Positions 17,339-27,328 of a DNA stretch of 64,000 bases are shown one piece after another. This DNA is from Candidatus Hydrogenedentota bacterium (GTDB lineage: Bacteria > Hydrogenedentota > Hydrogenedentia > Hydrogenedentales > SLHB01), in the NCBI GenBank assembly GCA_963674865.2, contig CAXXYE010000004.1:96001-160000 (forward strand), given 5' to 3'. A program made the translations under genes and the position numbers. The notes beneath the pieces are model-generated. The model was not told the origin of the DNA and ran no database searches. It saw nothing but the letters and a program-made list of their open reading frames with translations. Every line of letters begins with the position of its first letter. The first letter of the stretch is position 1.

Positions 17339-18622
17339 TCAGGGGGCGGACTCTCGCCCGAAGCTGTAGGCGATTTCCTTGTCGAGGAGGGCGTAGGTGC
17401 GTCGGAAATTGCGGCGGAGGGCCTCTTCCGGCGGCATGCTCTGAGATAGGGCCGTCAGCATGTTGAGCATGTTGCGCCGCCCGAAGCTGTCGAGGAGGAA
17501 CTGGACGGTTGCGAATGCCTGCCGGTAGGCGATGTGCAAGACGCCTGGCGGGAGCTTGGCGAGTTGGCTGTCTTCGAGATTAGCGAGACTGAAGAGCTGG
17601 CCGTTATCACGCGCGCGGCGCAAGGTGAGCATGTCCGCGTCCGTGAGCTTCTCCGAGTACGCCTGGGCGAGGCCTTCGTTCAGCCACCAAGGTACGTTGT
17701 CGCCCACAAGGTAACGCACAATCACGTGGACGTACTCGTGGTAGAGGCGGCGTTCGAGTTCTTCGGGGGGAATGGCTGCGCCCGACTTATCCCGTAGGGG
17801 CACGCGGATCTTGCCGTCGTACACGGCGCCCACGTGTTCGCCGAGCAAGGTTGCGTTCGAGAACTGCTCGGCGGTGTAGATGATCACCGGGACGGGATCG
17901 CGCGGATAGACGCCGCCGAACTGCTGCCCGATATCGCGGTAGGCCCGGTCTAGGATGGTGCGAACCTGTCCGAGATCGTGGCCGGGCGTGCCGCGTGTGA
18001 AGCTGATGTCGAAGTGACGCGTGCCGGACTTGGCGAAGTTGTACTCGACGCCGTTTTCACGGTTGGCCTTGCTGAGCTTGTCGCTCAGGCCGCGGCGATT
18101 AGGATCGCGCTGCGCGACCCACTGCCATTGCGTCAGCGCCGAGGCCAGGTCATTCACGGCGTAATAAGCGTCCCCGAGAAGGTCGTGGGCGTCCACATTC
18201 TCCGGATCGAGGTCGAGCGCTTCCTGCAATCGGTACATGGCTTCCGCCACATAGCTGACGCGCAGGTAGTAGGCCCCGAGTTGGATCAAGGGGGACGGAT
18301 TCTCAGGATCGATAGGAATGGCGAACTCCGAGAGCAGCCGGCAGGCATTGGCGTAGTCGCCGACCTTGGCAAAATCGTTGGCACTGGCCTGGTAGGCGTT
18401 GCAGAGGTTGCGCCGAACGGTGGTGTTGTCGGGAACGAGGGCATGGGCCTGCAAGAAGGCCTGGATGGCGTCATCCCACCGCTTCGCCTCGTAATGCTCG
18501 ATTCCCTGGGCGTTGTATTCGACGGCCGTTGCGCCTTCCGCCCGCGCGGCAAGGCACGCACACAGTCCTGCAAGAAAGATGAGCGCCGCTACGGCGGGCC
18601 GCCTTATTCGAGGATACATCAT
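17339..18622 (-). CDS. Secreted TPR-repeat protein with peptidase MA-like (gluzincin) domain
   Basis: Signal peptide; TPR repeats; HEYVH...VPWWLNEGLA. Confidence 0.85.
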   Translation of the reverse strand: MMYPRIRRPAVAALIFLAGLCACLAARAEGATAVEYNAQGIEHYEAKRWDDAIQAFLQAHALVPDNTTVRRNLCNAYQASANDFAKVGDYANACRLLSEFAIPIDPENPSPLIQLGAYYLRVSYVAEAMYRLQEALDLDPENVDAHDLLGDAYYAVNDLASALTQWQWVAQRDPNRRGLSDKLSKANRENGVEYNFAKSGTRHFDISFTRGTPGHDLGQVRTILDRAYRDIGQQFGGVYPRDPVPVIIYTAEQFSNATLLGEHVGAVYDGKIRVPLRDKSGAAIPPEELERRLYHEYVHVIVRYLVGDNVPWWLNEGLAQAYSEKLTDADMLTLRRARDNGQLFSLANLEDSQLAKLPPGVLHIAYRQAFATVQFLLDSFGRRNMLNMLTALSQSMPPEEALRRNFRRTYALLDKEIAYSFGRESAP

Positions 18623-18633
18623 GCTACTGGACG

Positions 18634-19017
18634 TTACCTGAGCAAGGCAATAGCCTCGACCTCAACCTGAGTGTCCAAGGGCAAACGCGCCGCCTGAACA
18701 CACGACCGCGCAGGGCAATCGGCCACAAAATACTCCTTGTATATTTCGTTGAAAGCGCTGAATTGGCTCATGTCTGCAAGGAATACGGTGACTTTCACGA
18801 CCTTGTCGAGTCCCGAGCCGCAATCTTCGAGAATCGTTTTCAGATTTGAGAGAGTTTGGCGAACCTGGTTTTCAAAAGGCCCACCTACAACGCCCGAGCC
18901 GTCCGGCGCGAGTGGCCCTTGGCCCGAAACAAACAGGAAGTCGCCTGCCGCGACCGCATGGGAATAGGGCCCCAGCGCGGCGGCTGCGTTTGGCGATGAA
19001 AGGCATCGCTTGTCCAT
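18634..19017 (-). CDS. ridA: RidA/YjgF/UK114 enamine-imine deaminase
   Basis: GPYSHAV, LFVSGQ, VVKVTVFL, PARSCV..ARLP; GGAGGAG before the ATG at 19017. Confidence 0.9.
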   Translation of the reverse strand: MDKRCLSSPNAAAALGPYSHAVAAGDFLFVSGQGPLAPDGSGVVGGPFENQVRQTLSNLKTILEDCGSGLDKVVKVTVFLADMSQFSAFNEIYKEYFVADCPARSCVQAARLPLDTQVEVEAIALLR

Positions 19018-19080
19018 AGTTCTCCTCCGTTCCAAGTGTCAGAACGCTTGTCCAAACGGTACCACACGGACTGGAGGCCG

Positions 19081-20307
19081 TCAAACGATCCTGCGCGCCT
19101 TTCGGTGGCCATAGGCAAGCAGCGCCCATTGGATCGGGAAGGCTACCAGTAGAAGCAGCGGCGCCCAGCGAAACGCCACCGTCACGCCCAACCAGCCCGC
19201 CAACAGGCCGAAGCCCATGGATCCCACAAAGCTTCCCGTTCCCACGGCCCCCTCATTGACTGCGGCGCGCTGGTGTTTTTTTCTTCTGTCCATCATCCCG
19301 TAGAAGGCCGCGGAGCAGAACGCCAGACCGCCGTTGAGGCCGAGGATTATGAAGCACGCCGCCATCAGAAGGATGCTTTGCGTACTAGCCATGAGCCAGT
19401 AAGCCGCGACCGCGGCCGCTTGAGCCACAAGGATAGGCCACAGCTTATATTGCCAGCGGTGGGTGTGTCCCATGAGGACGAATCCTCCCGCTCGCGAGGC
19501 GTTCATCGAGAAGGCGAGCCAGGAGAACACGGTGGCGCCGGCGATGGCGGGAACGATGGCCGGCGAAGCATCCCACAGCCACGCGAGTTGGCCCGCGGCG
19601 GCCAATTCATCCACGCGCTTCGGAAACACCGATCGACTTGCCCCCACCAGGATCCACCCAATGAAATTGGCGAACCATGCCGCGTAGAGATAGGTTTCGC
19701 TGGCGGCCACATCCTTTGCGCCTGTTCGCTCCGTGGCTTCATCCGGCTCGACGATGTGCTTCTTCTCATGCGGCAGGGAGATCTGAAGTAGCAGGGAAAG
19801 GCCTGCCAGCGTGAAGACGAGGACAAAGGGGAGCCGGTAGTCCAGGTCGTATAGCGGCCCGGCCAGGAGGGGGCCAATGGCAAGGCCGCCGCTCCACGAG
19901 AGATTGTAGTAGGCCATGCGCCGTGAGCGGCGTTTGGGATCCGGTTCGGCCCCGAGCCATGACCACATCGCCGGCCACACAAAGGCTAGCGAGCCGAATC
20001 CGAGCATTGAGACGACAGCATAAAGGTAAGGATTCCTGAACACGGGCGCAATGCTGAAGAGTAAGGCATAGCAAGCCGTTCCCAGGTAGGCCCAGCGCAG
20101 GCCGTTCTTGGTACGCGCCACAAAGGTCGAGGAGATGACGCTCCCCACGCCGTAGAGTCCTGATTGGAGGGCGGCGATCATCCCCGACATACGCGCCGCC
20201 CCGCCGAGCTCGTGATAGATGAAGAAGGGCATGGCCGTTGCGCCGGCCATGATGGCGCAATCGAGGAAGAACGCGGCTAGGCAATGTCGAATGTAGGGAT
20301 TACGCAT
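19081..20307 (-). CDS. MFS transporter
   Basis: About 12 hydrophobic segments, GLAIGPLLAGPL. Confidence 0.8.
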   Translation of the reverse strand: MRNPYIRHCLAAFFLDCAIMAGATAMPFFIYHELGGAARMSGMIAALQSGLYGVGSVISSTFVARTKNGLRWAYLGTACYALLFSIAPVFRNPYLYAVVSMLGFGSLAFVWPAMWSWLGAEPDPKRRSRRMAYYNLSWSGGLAIGPLLAGPLYDLDYRLPFVLVFTLAGLSLLLQISLPHEKKHIVEPDEATERTGAKDVAASETYLYAAWFANFIGWILVGASRSVFPKRVDELAAAGQLAWLWDASPAIVPAIAGATVFSWLAFSMNASRAGGFVLMGHTHRWQYKLWPILVAQAAAVAAYWLMASTQSILLMAACFIILGLNGGLAFCSAAFYGMMDRRKKHQRAAVNEGAVGTGSFVGSMGFGLLAGWLGVTVAFRWAPLLLLVAFPIQWALLAYGHRKARRIV

Positions 20308-20403
20308 GGCCGCGGGAGTCTAAGGTTTTCGCGGGTCGAGGTCAAGCAAGTGACGCGAGGCGAACGGCAGAACACCCAAACCAGGCACAAGGCCCCGTTT
20401 TCA

Positions 20404-20432
20404 TTGCGCCCCCCATGGCCCCATGCTATACT
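20404..20432 (+). promoter_or_regulatory. Candidate sigma70 promoter
   Basis: TTGCGC-17 bp-TATACT with extended -10 TG. Confidence 0.55.
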
Positions 20433-20489
20433 CACGCCGCGGAGTGAAGGGCTTGGGGACACGACTTCAGTCAGAGGCGTTTACCATCT

Positions 20490-21422
20490 GTGGCGTTTGA
20501 TCTTACAACAATCGGAATCGTCTGCGCTGACGTGATGGTTCGGCCTATCGACGCCCTGCCCGAGCGCGGAAAACTGGCGCTGGTGCCTCATTTCGAGCTT
20601 CACATGGGGGGGCTGGCCGCCGTTACCGCCACCGTGTTCTCCCAGCTTGGCGGCGAGGCCGCCTTCATCGGCGCCGTGGGGGCCGATGGCTTCGGCGATC
20701 ACATCATCAACTCCCTTACCTGGCAACAAGTCAACATCGATCGCGTCAGGCGCACAGCCGATTTCAACACCTCGGCCACTGTGGCGCTCATCAGCGATGA
20801 CGGCGAGCGGACCTTTCTCCATCACGTGGGGGCGAACGGAACGGTATCCGAAGACGATGTGGATGCTGAGATTCTCCATGAGACATCGATACTCCACTGG
20901 GGCGGCCCCGGGGTGACGCCCGGACTCGACGGCGAGCCCATCGGGCGCGTTATGGAACGCGCGCGAGCGGCCGGTGTAACCACTTCGATGGACACGTGTT
21001 ACGATGGGAGCGGGCTCTGGTTTCCGCGCATAGAGTATGCCTTGCCTCACCTCGACATCGCCATGATGAGCATCGAGGAGGCGCGCCTTTACACCGGCAA
21101 AGACACGCCGGAAGCCATCAGTGCCTTCCTCCGCTCGTTTGGCGTCGAGACGGTGATGATCAAGCTCGGAGGGGACGGCGTCTTCGTACAAAACTCGGCC
21201 GCCGCGCACCGGATCCCCGCGCATAAGGTCGAGGTCGTGGACTCAACTGGGGCCGGGGACGCCGCCTGCGGTGGATTTCTATACGGCCACGGCCAGGGGT
21301 GGGACCTGGAGACATGTGGGAGGCTGGCGAACGCCGTTGGTGGCCTGACGGTTCAGGTGTTCGGCGGCGCCGAGGGCGTCAACTCGCTGGATGAGACACT
21401 GGCTTTCATGGACGGCGCGTAG
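20490..21422 (+). CDS. PfkB/ribokinase-family carbohydrate kinase
   Basis: VGADGFG, DGERTF, IKLGGDG, DSTGAGDAACGG. Confidence 0.92.
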   Translation: MAFDLTTIGIVCADVMVRPIDALPERGKLALVPHFELHMGGLAAVTATVFSQLGGEAAFIGAVGADGFGDHIINSLTWQQVNIDRVRRTADFNTSATVALISDDGERTFLHHVGANGTVSEDDVDAEILHETSILHWGGPGVTPGLDGEPIGRVMERARAAGVTTSMDTCYDGSGLWFPRIEYALPHLDIAMMSIEEARLYTGKDTPEAISAFLRSFGVETVMIKLGGDGVFVQNSAAAHRIPAHKVEVVDSTGAGDAACGGFLYGHGQGWDLETCGRLANAVGGLTVQVFGGAEGVNSLDETLAFMDGA

Positions 21423-21428
21423 AGGAAC

Positions 21429-23993
21429 ATGGGCTCAATGAGCATCGGAAGACGACGGTTATGGGGGAGAGTCGGTTCAGAGGCGCGCGCTGTCATAGGC
21501 GCGGGGGCGGCCTCCATGCTCGCAGGTTGGATCGCCGTTTGTGCGGGGGGGAGTGCCTTGGCGCAGACGGACTCCAACGCCGCCGCAACCGAGGTGAAGC
21601 CGCCGCGCGCGAACTTCGGGCGGATTCCTCTTGGCAGTGCTGAGCCCCATGCCCCAAGGCCCGGACGGCGCCCTGAGGCGTCGCCGGAGCTGAAGGAAGA
21701 GCGCCAGACTCTTAGCGAAGCGTTTGCGGACGCCCTTAGTGTCGGCTCGGCCGGCGTCGGATTTTCCATGCCTGACCTGGATCGGCTCGAACTGGAAGGG
21801 GCCGAAGCCGACGCATTCGAGTACTTCTGGGAAGACGAGAGCGTCGAGATGACGGGGAATGTGCGGTTTCGCCTCCAGGATATCCATTTCTCTGCGGACA
21901 CCCTTGTCTTGAAGGAAGACTGGGCCGAGATTCATGCGCTGGGCAACGTGGTGGTGCAACAGGGCGAATCCACGGTGTGGGCCGATGAGATCATCTACAC
22001 GCCCGCTCCCTTGACGGAGCTCGAGCAGCCTTTGATTGATGCCTCGCCCTCGGGTGAGGACCGGGAACGCCTCCGGCTAGGAACCGTTGAAGGCAAGCGG
22101 ATGCACCTGGCCGATCCGACGCGGGAGCTTCAAGCCGAGGAGTTCGCTCACGACGGGACGACAAGGGCAGGCGCCTTCCGCGCCGTCAAAGGCCATACGG
22201 GCGGATACTACTTCACGGCCGGGGAGATCCTCTTCTCCGGGCCGGGAACCGGCAAAGGCCACGATGTAACCATCAGTACATGCGATCATGACCCGCCGCA
22301 CTACTGCATCCACTTCACGGATGTCGAAGTCGAGCGGGGCGAGATTGTTCGAGGAAGCAACGCGCAACTCCAGTTCGGGCGGTTGAAGACTCCCCTCTAC
22401 TGGCCGCGCTGGTCGTACCGTATGGGCGCACCGGGCGCCATCAGTGTGGATTTCGACAGCGGCAGGCGCGCCGCCATCGGCTACTACGTCAATGTTGCCC
22501 AGCGCTTCGGCGTAGCGCCCGGCGTGGACCTCGGCGTTCGGCTGTTTCCGACTACCAAGGAAGGCGTTGGACTCGGCCTGGAGGGGAACTACGACTTCAT
22601 GGACAAGCCGGCCTCGCGCCTTTTCCGCAGCGCCGGCACCTGGCACACCATGTACACGACGGAAGACCGTGGCTTCACGGAGTGGTACCACCGCTACGAG
22701 CCGCATGAGGACACCGTGGCGCTCATGCAGGTCGAGCATTGGTACGACAGAGATTTCGTCAAAGACTTCTACTATGATCGGTATCGGGACAGGACGGAGC
22801 CTAGAACCTTCGCGAACCTCACCTATACCAGGCCCGGCTACCTTGTTACCGGGACTGTCCGGAAGCGCACCGACAACTTCGTCTCCGAAACCGAGTACGC
22901 GCCCGAGATAACCTATCACCTTCTTGAGCGTCCCATTGCCGAGAGACTCTACTTCACCTTTGATACGGTGAACGGCTACAACGAGCGCGAGCCCTCAGGC
23001 ACGCACGCGCTGCGTCTGATCAATGTGGCCCGGCTGAGTTGGGATGGCGAGTTGTCCGACGCCCTGAACTTCGTACCATTCGTTGAAGCGGAGGCGGCTG
23101 CGTATTCGGAGAAGCGCGAGAGCGAGGACCCGGGATACCGATTCTCCAGCACCTTCGGCACGACCTTCCAGACGCGCTTCCACAAAACCTATCCCGGCCG
23201 CTTCGGATTCGCCGCGTTCAAGCATGTCGTGGTGCCGTCTATCACCTATTCCTACCGGCCGGAAACCAGCAGCCTCGACGTGGAAGAGACGCCCCGCTTC
23301 GACGCCCTCGACAACATGTACGGCCGTAGCCGCGTCGAGAGCAAGATCGCCAATATTGTCTTCGGGAAGGATGCCAAGACGGGCGAGGTCTGGCAGGTGG
23401 CCCGGATGACGCTTTACCAGGGCAACGATTTCTGGAACGAGTTGCGCAAGGCCGAGGACTACGAGATCGAACTCGACCTGCGCCCGCGGCCCTGGTGGGG
23501 ACTCCAAGTAGCCGGCGAGCGCCACAGTATCGCGAAGGATTACGATCTTGACGAGCCCTTCTTCGTCGAGCGAACGCTGCTTCAGGCGTACGAGCGGATA
23601 CTGGGGCGGCCCTTCGACCAGGAGAAGGCCTACGAATTCAATGCCCGCTACGGTGACTACGACCGCCTCTTGGCGTACCTGTACTACGATGATCCCAGCG
23701 AAAAGCGCGGCTTCAACGGCCGGGTCGGCTTCGCGTATACGAAGACGCAGGACCGCACGTTCAATCGCGAAGTACTTTACGGAGTCGGATACAAGCTGGG
23801 GGAGAGGTGGGGCGTGGCCATGGAGCACCGCTACGACTTCGAGCGGGACGAGCTCTACCGGCAGAGCTACGAATTGCGCCGCGACCTACACTGCTGGGAG
23901 GCCGCCATCCGCTTCACCGACCGCCCCTCCGGCTGGGATATCAACCTGCAATTCACCATCAAGGCCCTGCCAGGTATAAAACTCAAGTTCTAG
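21429..23993 (+). CDS. lptD: LptD/OstA-like LPS assembly outer-membrane protein (start uncertain)
   Basis: OstA-like GNVVVQQGESTVWAD, STCDHDPPHY, KHVVVPSITYSY, RDLHCWE, C-terminal Phe. Confidence 0.75.
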   Translation: MGSMSIGRRRLWGRVGSEARAVIGAGAASMLAGWIAVCAGGSALAQTDSNAAATEVKPPRANFGRIPLGSAEPHAPRPGRRPEASPELKEERQTLSEAFADALSVGSAGVGFSMPDLDRLELEGAEADAFEYFWEDESVEMTGNVRFRLQDIHFSADTLVLKEDWAEIHALGNVVVQQGESTVWADEIIYTPAPLTELEQPLIDASPSGEDRERLRLGTVEGKRMHLADPTRELQAEEFAHDGTTRAGAFRAVKGHTGGYYFTAGEILFSGPGTGKGHDVTISTCDHDPPHYCIHFTDVEVERGEIVRGSNAQLQFGRLKTPLYWPRWSYRMGAPGAISVDFDSGRRAAIGYYVNVAQRFGVAPGVDLGVRLFPTTKEGVGLGLEGNYDFMDKPASRLFRSAGTWHTMYTTEDRGFTEWYHRYEPHEDTVALMQVEHWYDRDFVKDFYYDRYRDRTEPRTFANLTYTRPGYLVTGTVRKRTDNFVSETEYAPEITYHLLERPIAERLYFTFDTVNGYNEREPSGTHALRLINVARLSWDGELSDALNFVPFVEAEAAAYSEKRESEDPGYRFSSTFGTTFQTRFHKTYPGRFGFAAFKHVVVPSITYSYRPETSSLDVEETPRFDALDNMYGRSRVESKIANIVFGKDAKTGEVWQVARMTLYQGNDFWNELRKAEDYEIELDLRPRPWWGLQVAGERHSIAKDYDLDEPFFVERTLLQAYERILGRPFDQEKAYEFNARYGDYDRLLAYLYYDDPSEKRGFNGRVGFAYTKTQDRTFNREVLYGVGYKLGERWGVAMEHRYDFERDELYRQSYELRRDLHCWEAAIRFTDRPSGWDINLQFTIKALPGIKLKF

Positions 23994-24163
23994 TTTGGCC
24001 GGGCCTCGGAGCCGTCATCGTGGTGGAACCAGGCCCCCGCCAACGATCCCTGTTGTACATTCCGCCGGCTTGCGGTAGAATCCTGCGCGATTGGAGGCAG
24101 GGGAGTGTTCCGCGGCGGAAGGGGCGACGTGAAGCCGCGGGGCACGAGCGGAAAGGACCTCGT

Positions 24164-25099
24164 ATGCTTATCGTGCCGACGGGCGACATTGTGCGCCGTT
24201 CCAGGGGCAATCCCATCATCACCATCGAGGATGTGAGCTTCCGTGTAGCCGATATCTGTACGGCGGGGGCGATCAAGCTGGATGGCGACTACATTCTCCT
24301 CATCACCATCCAGAGCCTCGAAGGGCTGGCCGCCATCTACCCCGCACGCAGCCGCGACGGCTACACGTTCACGGTGAGCGATACGCCGATCCTCGAGCCC
24401 GCCCGCGAAGGGCCGGCCGCGGCGTACACCCACCTGGGCGTCATGGACGCCCGCATTACGTGCCACGAAGGGACTTACTACATCCTCTACGACGCAGTGG
24501 GGCGGCATGGATACCGACTCGCCATCGCCCGCACAGAGGATTTCACAACCGCCGAGAGCCTGGGCTTCATTTCAGAGCCTGACACCAAGGGGGGCGGCCT
24601 TTTCCCCAAGAAGATCAAGGGAAAATTCGCGCGTATCGAACGGCCCTGGCATGGCGGCAGCATATGGTTGAGCTATTCCGACGACCTCAAATACTGGGGG
24701 TGGTCGGAGGTCGTTATGACGCCCCGGGGCGGTTTCTGGGACACAAGCCGCATCGGAGTTGCGACGCCGCCCATGGAGATCGATGAAGGCTGGCTCATCA
24801 TTTACTATGGCGTGAAAGAGACCTCGGCCGGGCCTTTGTTTCGGCTTGGCGCCGCCGTCCTGGACGCAGAGGACCCCAGTGTCGTCAAGTTCCGCACAAA
24901 CATCCCGATCCTGTCACCGCGCGAGGAATACGAACGCATCGGCGACGTGCCCAACCTCGTATTCTCCTGCGGGGCCATTCTTGAGCGCAATGGTGAGGTC
25001 AAGCTGTACTATGGCGCGTCCAACTCGTGCGTCTGCATCGGGACGACGAGCGTGGACGCCATACTGACGGCTTGTCAGGAAAGCGACAAGGAGTTCTAG
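24164..25099 (+). CDS. GH130-family protein, divergent paralog
   Basis: GNPII, SRDG, DARIT, LFPKKIKG, ERP, YERIGDVPNLVFSCG, LYYGA. Confidence 0.85.
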   Translation: MLIVPTGDIVRRSRGNPIITIEDVSFRVADICTAGAIKLDGDYILLITIQSLEGLAAIYPARSRDGYTFTVSDTPILEPAREGPAAAYTHLGVMDARITCHEGTYYILYDAVGRHGYRLAIARTEDFTTAESLGFISEPDTKGGGLFPKKIKGKFARIERPWHGGSIWLSYSDDLKYWGWSEVVMTPRGGFWDTSRIGVATPPMEIDEGWLIIYYGVKETSAGPLFRLGAAVLDAEDPSVVKFRTNIPILSPREEYERIGDVPNLVFSCGAILERNGEVKLYYGASNSCVCIGTTSVDAILTACQESDKEF

Positions 25100-25100
25100 C

Positions 25101-26036
25101 ATGCCGTACCGGCTTGGACGAGACATCTTCCATCGGTGGGAGGGCAATCCGGCCCTGTCGCTCGAGGATATACCCTTCCGCTGCAATACGGTATTCAACG
25201 GCACGACGGTGAAGTTCGGAGATGAATACCTGATCCTACTTCGTGTCGAAGGGCAACAGGGATACTCATTCTTCGCCCTCGGAAGGAGCAAAGACGGCCT
25301 TCATTTCACCGTCGAGGACGAGCCGGTCATGCTTCCGGCCCGGGAGGGCCCCTGGGAACGCTATGAGTCGCAGGGCATCGAAGATCCCAGAGCCACCTTG
25401 ATCGACGGCTCGTACTACGTGATGTACACGGCGTGCGGCGATAACGGTTTTCGCATTGCCTTGGCCAAGACGGAGGACTTCCACCATTTTGAGCGCGTTG
25501 CCCTGGTTTCCGAACCGGGCAACAAGGACGGCGTCCTTTTCCCCGAGCGGATCAACGGCCAGTATGTACGCTTGGATCGGCCTATCGGCATGGATGTGGG
25601 GAGCATCTGGATCTCCTATTCCAACGACTTGCACGCCTGGGGCGACTCGAAGGTGCTGATCACCCCACGCGGTGGATACTGGGACTCCTACCGGATTGGG
25701 GCCTCCGTGCCGCCCATTCGCACCGACGAAGGGTGGCTCGAGATCTACCATGGCGTGAAGATGACAAGCTCCGGGCCGATTTACCGCGCCGGCACCGTCC
25801 TGCTTGACCTGGACGACCCGTCGAAGGTCATCGCGCGGTGCGGCGTGCCGCTGCTTTCCCCGCGTGAGGAGTACGAACGCGTGGGGGACGTGGGCAACGT
25901 CGTCTTCGCGTGCGGCGCCATTATCGAGCCCGGCGGTACGATCAAGATGTACTACGGCGCCGCGGACACCTGCATCTGCGTCGCCACGGCAACGATGGAA
26001 GCGGTGATGGAGTGGACGCTTAACCATCCCGGGTAG
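25101..26036 (+). CDS. GH130 beta-mannoside phosphorylase-like protein
   Basis: VFN, GIEDPR, NKDGVLFP, DRP, IYHGV, YERVGDVGNVVFACG, YYGAADT. Confidence 0.9.
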   Translation: MPYRLGRDIFHRWEGNPALSLEDIPFRCNTVFNGTTVKFGDEYLILLRVEGQQGYSFFALGRSKDGLHFTVEDEPVMLPAREGPWERYESQGIEDPRATLIDGSYYVMYTACGDNGFRIALAKTEDFHHFERVALVSEPGNKDGVLFPERINGQYVRLDRPIGMDVGSIWISYSNDLHAWGDSKVLITPRGGYWDSYRIGASVPPIRTDEGWLEIYHGVKMTSSGPIYRAGTVLLDLDDPSKVIARCGVPLLSPREEYERVGDVGNVVFACGAIIEPGGTIKMYYGAADTCICVATATMEAVMEWTLNHPG

Positions 26037-26087
26037 ACGTTCCTTCTCAACGGCGCAACACAATCCCCCTCAATCTCGGAGGAAGAA

Positions 26088-27167
26088 ATGAGTGGACTAC
26101 GCTATCGAGAGGACATGGACGCCGTTCGGGACCGCCTGACGCGCTGGTGGAATGGCGAAGACCTTGGGCGTCCCATGATCCAACTCAAGGCGCCGCGTGA
26201 ACATCCCGTCGAAAACGTGCCTGTGATGCCCGAGCCGCCTGGATGGGTGACCGGTTACTCGACAAAGGATTTCGACTACCGCGTCAATCTGGCCGCCTGT
26301 GCATGCATCAACCGACACTACCTTCTCGAGGCCGTGCCGTGGACCTCGCCCGACTTAGCGCCCAACTGCCTTGCTCTTTACCTCGGATGCCTGGGCGTCG
26401 AGCATTCAGGTACGGTTTGGTGTGAACCGTGCATTGAGTCTCCCGAGAATGCCCGTTTCGACTACGACCTCGAGAACTTCTACTGGGACTTCACCCTTCG
26501 CCTGGGCCGCGAGCAACTCCGCATAGGAGAAGGCAAATTCCTGATCCAGTTCCCTGATCTGATTGAAGGACTGGACACCCTGGCGGCCATGCGCACGTCG
26601 GACAGGCTTCTGATGGACCTCATCGAGCGTCCCGAATGGGTGCACGCCTCGATACGGCGCATCACGGACCTCTACTTCCGCTACTACGATATTCTCTACG
26701 ACATGTTTCGCGACGAGACCGGAGGCTCGATCTTCTGGGTGTGGGCGCCGGGCCGTATGGTGAAGCTACAGTGCGACTTCTCCGCCATGATCGGCCCCCA
26801 GATGTTTGGCGAGTTCATGGTGCCCATACTCTCCGAGATGGCCGAGCGCACGTCCTACTCGATGTACCACTGGGATGGCCCCGGCGCCCTCGTGCACCAT
26901 GACCACCTGCTCTCTATTCCCGCGCTCGACATGATCCAATGGACGCCGGGCGCCGGCGCTGAGCCGCCCGATCATCCCCGATGGTGGCCCTGCTACCACA
27001 AGACCGTGGACGCCGGGAAGAAGGTCTACGTTTCCTGGATTGCCTCCGTAGACAGCCTGGCCGGCATGCGGAAAGAGTTCGGCCCCAAGCTCAACCAATT
27101 CCTCTTCAGCATGGGTGTTGACTCCCCCGATATGGAAGACGCCGTCCTCGCCGCCGCATCCGGCTAG
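26088..27167 (+). CDS. Uroporphyrinogen decarboxylase / corrinoid methyltransferase-like TIM barrel protein
   Basis: DTLAAMR, LLMDLIERPE, LQCDFSAMIGP.MFGEF, YHWDGPGA, IQWTPGAG. Confidence 0.7.
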   Translation: MSGLRYREDMDAVRDRLTRWWNGEDLGRPMIQLKAPREHPVENVPVMPEPPGWVTGYSTKDFDYRVNLAACACINRHYLLEAVPWTSPDLAPNCLALYLGCLGVEHSGTVWCEPCIESPENARFDYDLENFYWDFTLRLGREQLRIGEGKFLIQFPDLIEGLDTLAAMRTSDRLLMDLIERPEWVHASIRRITDLYFRYYDILYDMFRDETGGSIFWVWAPGRMVKLQCDFSAMIGPQMFGEFMVPILSEMAERTSYSMYHWDGPGALVHHDHLLSIPALDMIQWTPGAGAEPPDHPRWWPCYHKTVDAGKKVYVSWIASVDSLAGMRKEFGPKLNQFLFSMGVDSPDMEDAVLAAASG

Positions 27168-27276
27168 CCGCGGGCAGGCGCCGTCAGTAAGCATGCCGCT
27201 GGACTCCGCCTCGGAAAGACGCATGTTGATCCCACGGGCCGCCTCGCCCCTCCGGCAATTCACATGGACTGGCTAG

Positions 27277-27328
27277 GGGGGGGACGCGGTCCTCCGCGTC
27301 CGTGGCCACGCGGGAGCGTGACCCTCCC
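27277..27328 (+). repeat. Two-hairpin palindromic element, copy A
   Basis: GGGGG-GGACGCGG-TCCT-CCGCGTCC-GT-GGCCACGC-GGGA-GCGTGACC-CTCCC. Confidence 0.75.

Noticed and set aside
23807..24163. N-terminal extension of the first GH130
   Set aside because: Overlaps lptD; homology to the second GH130 begins at the ATG at 24164
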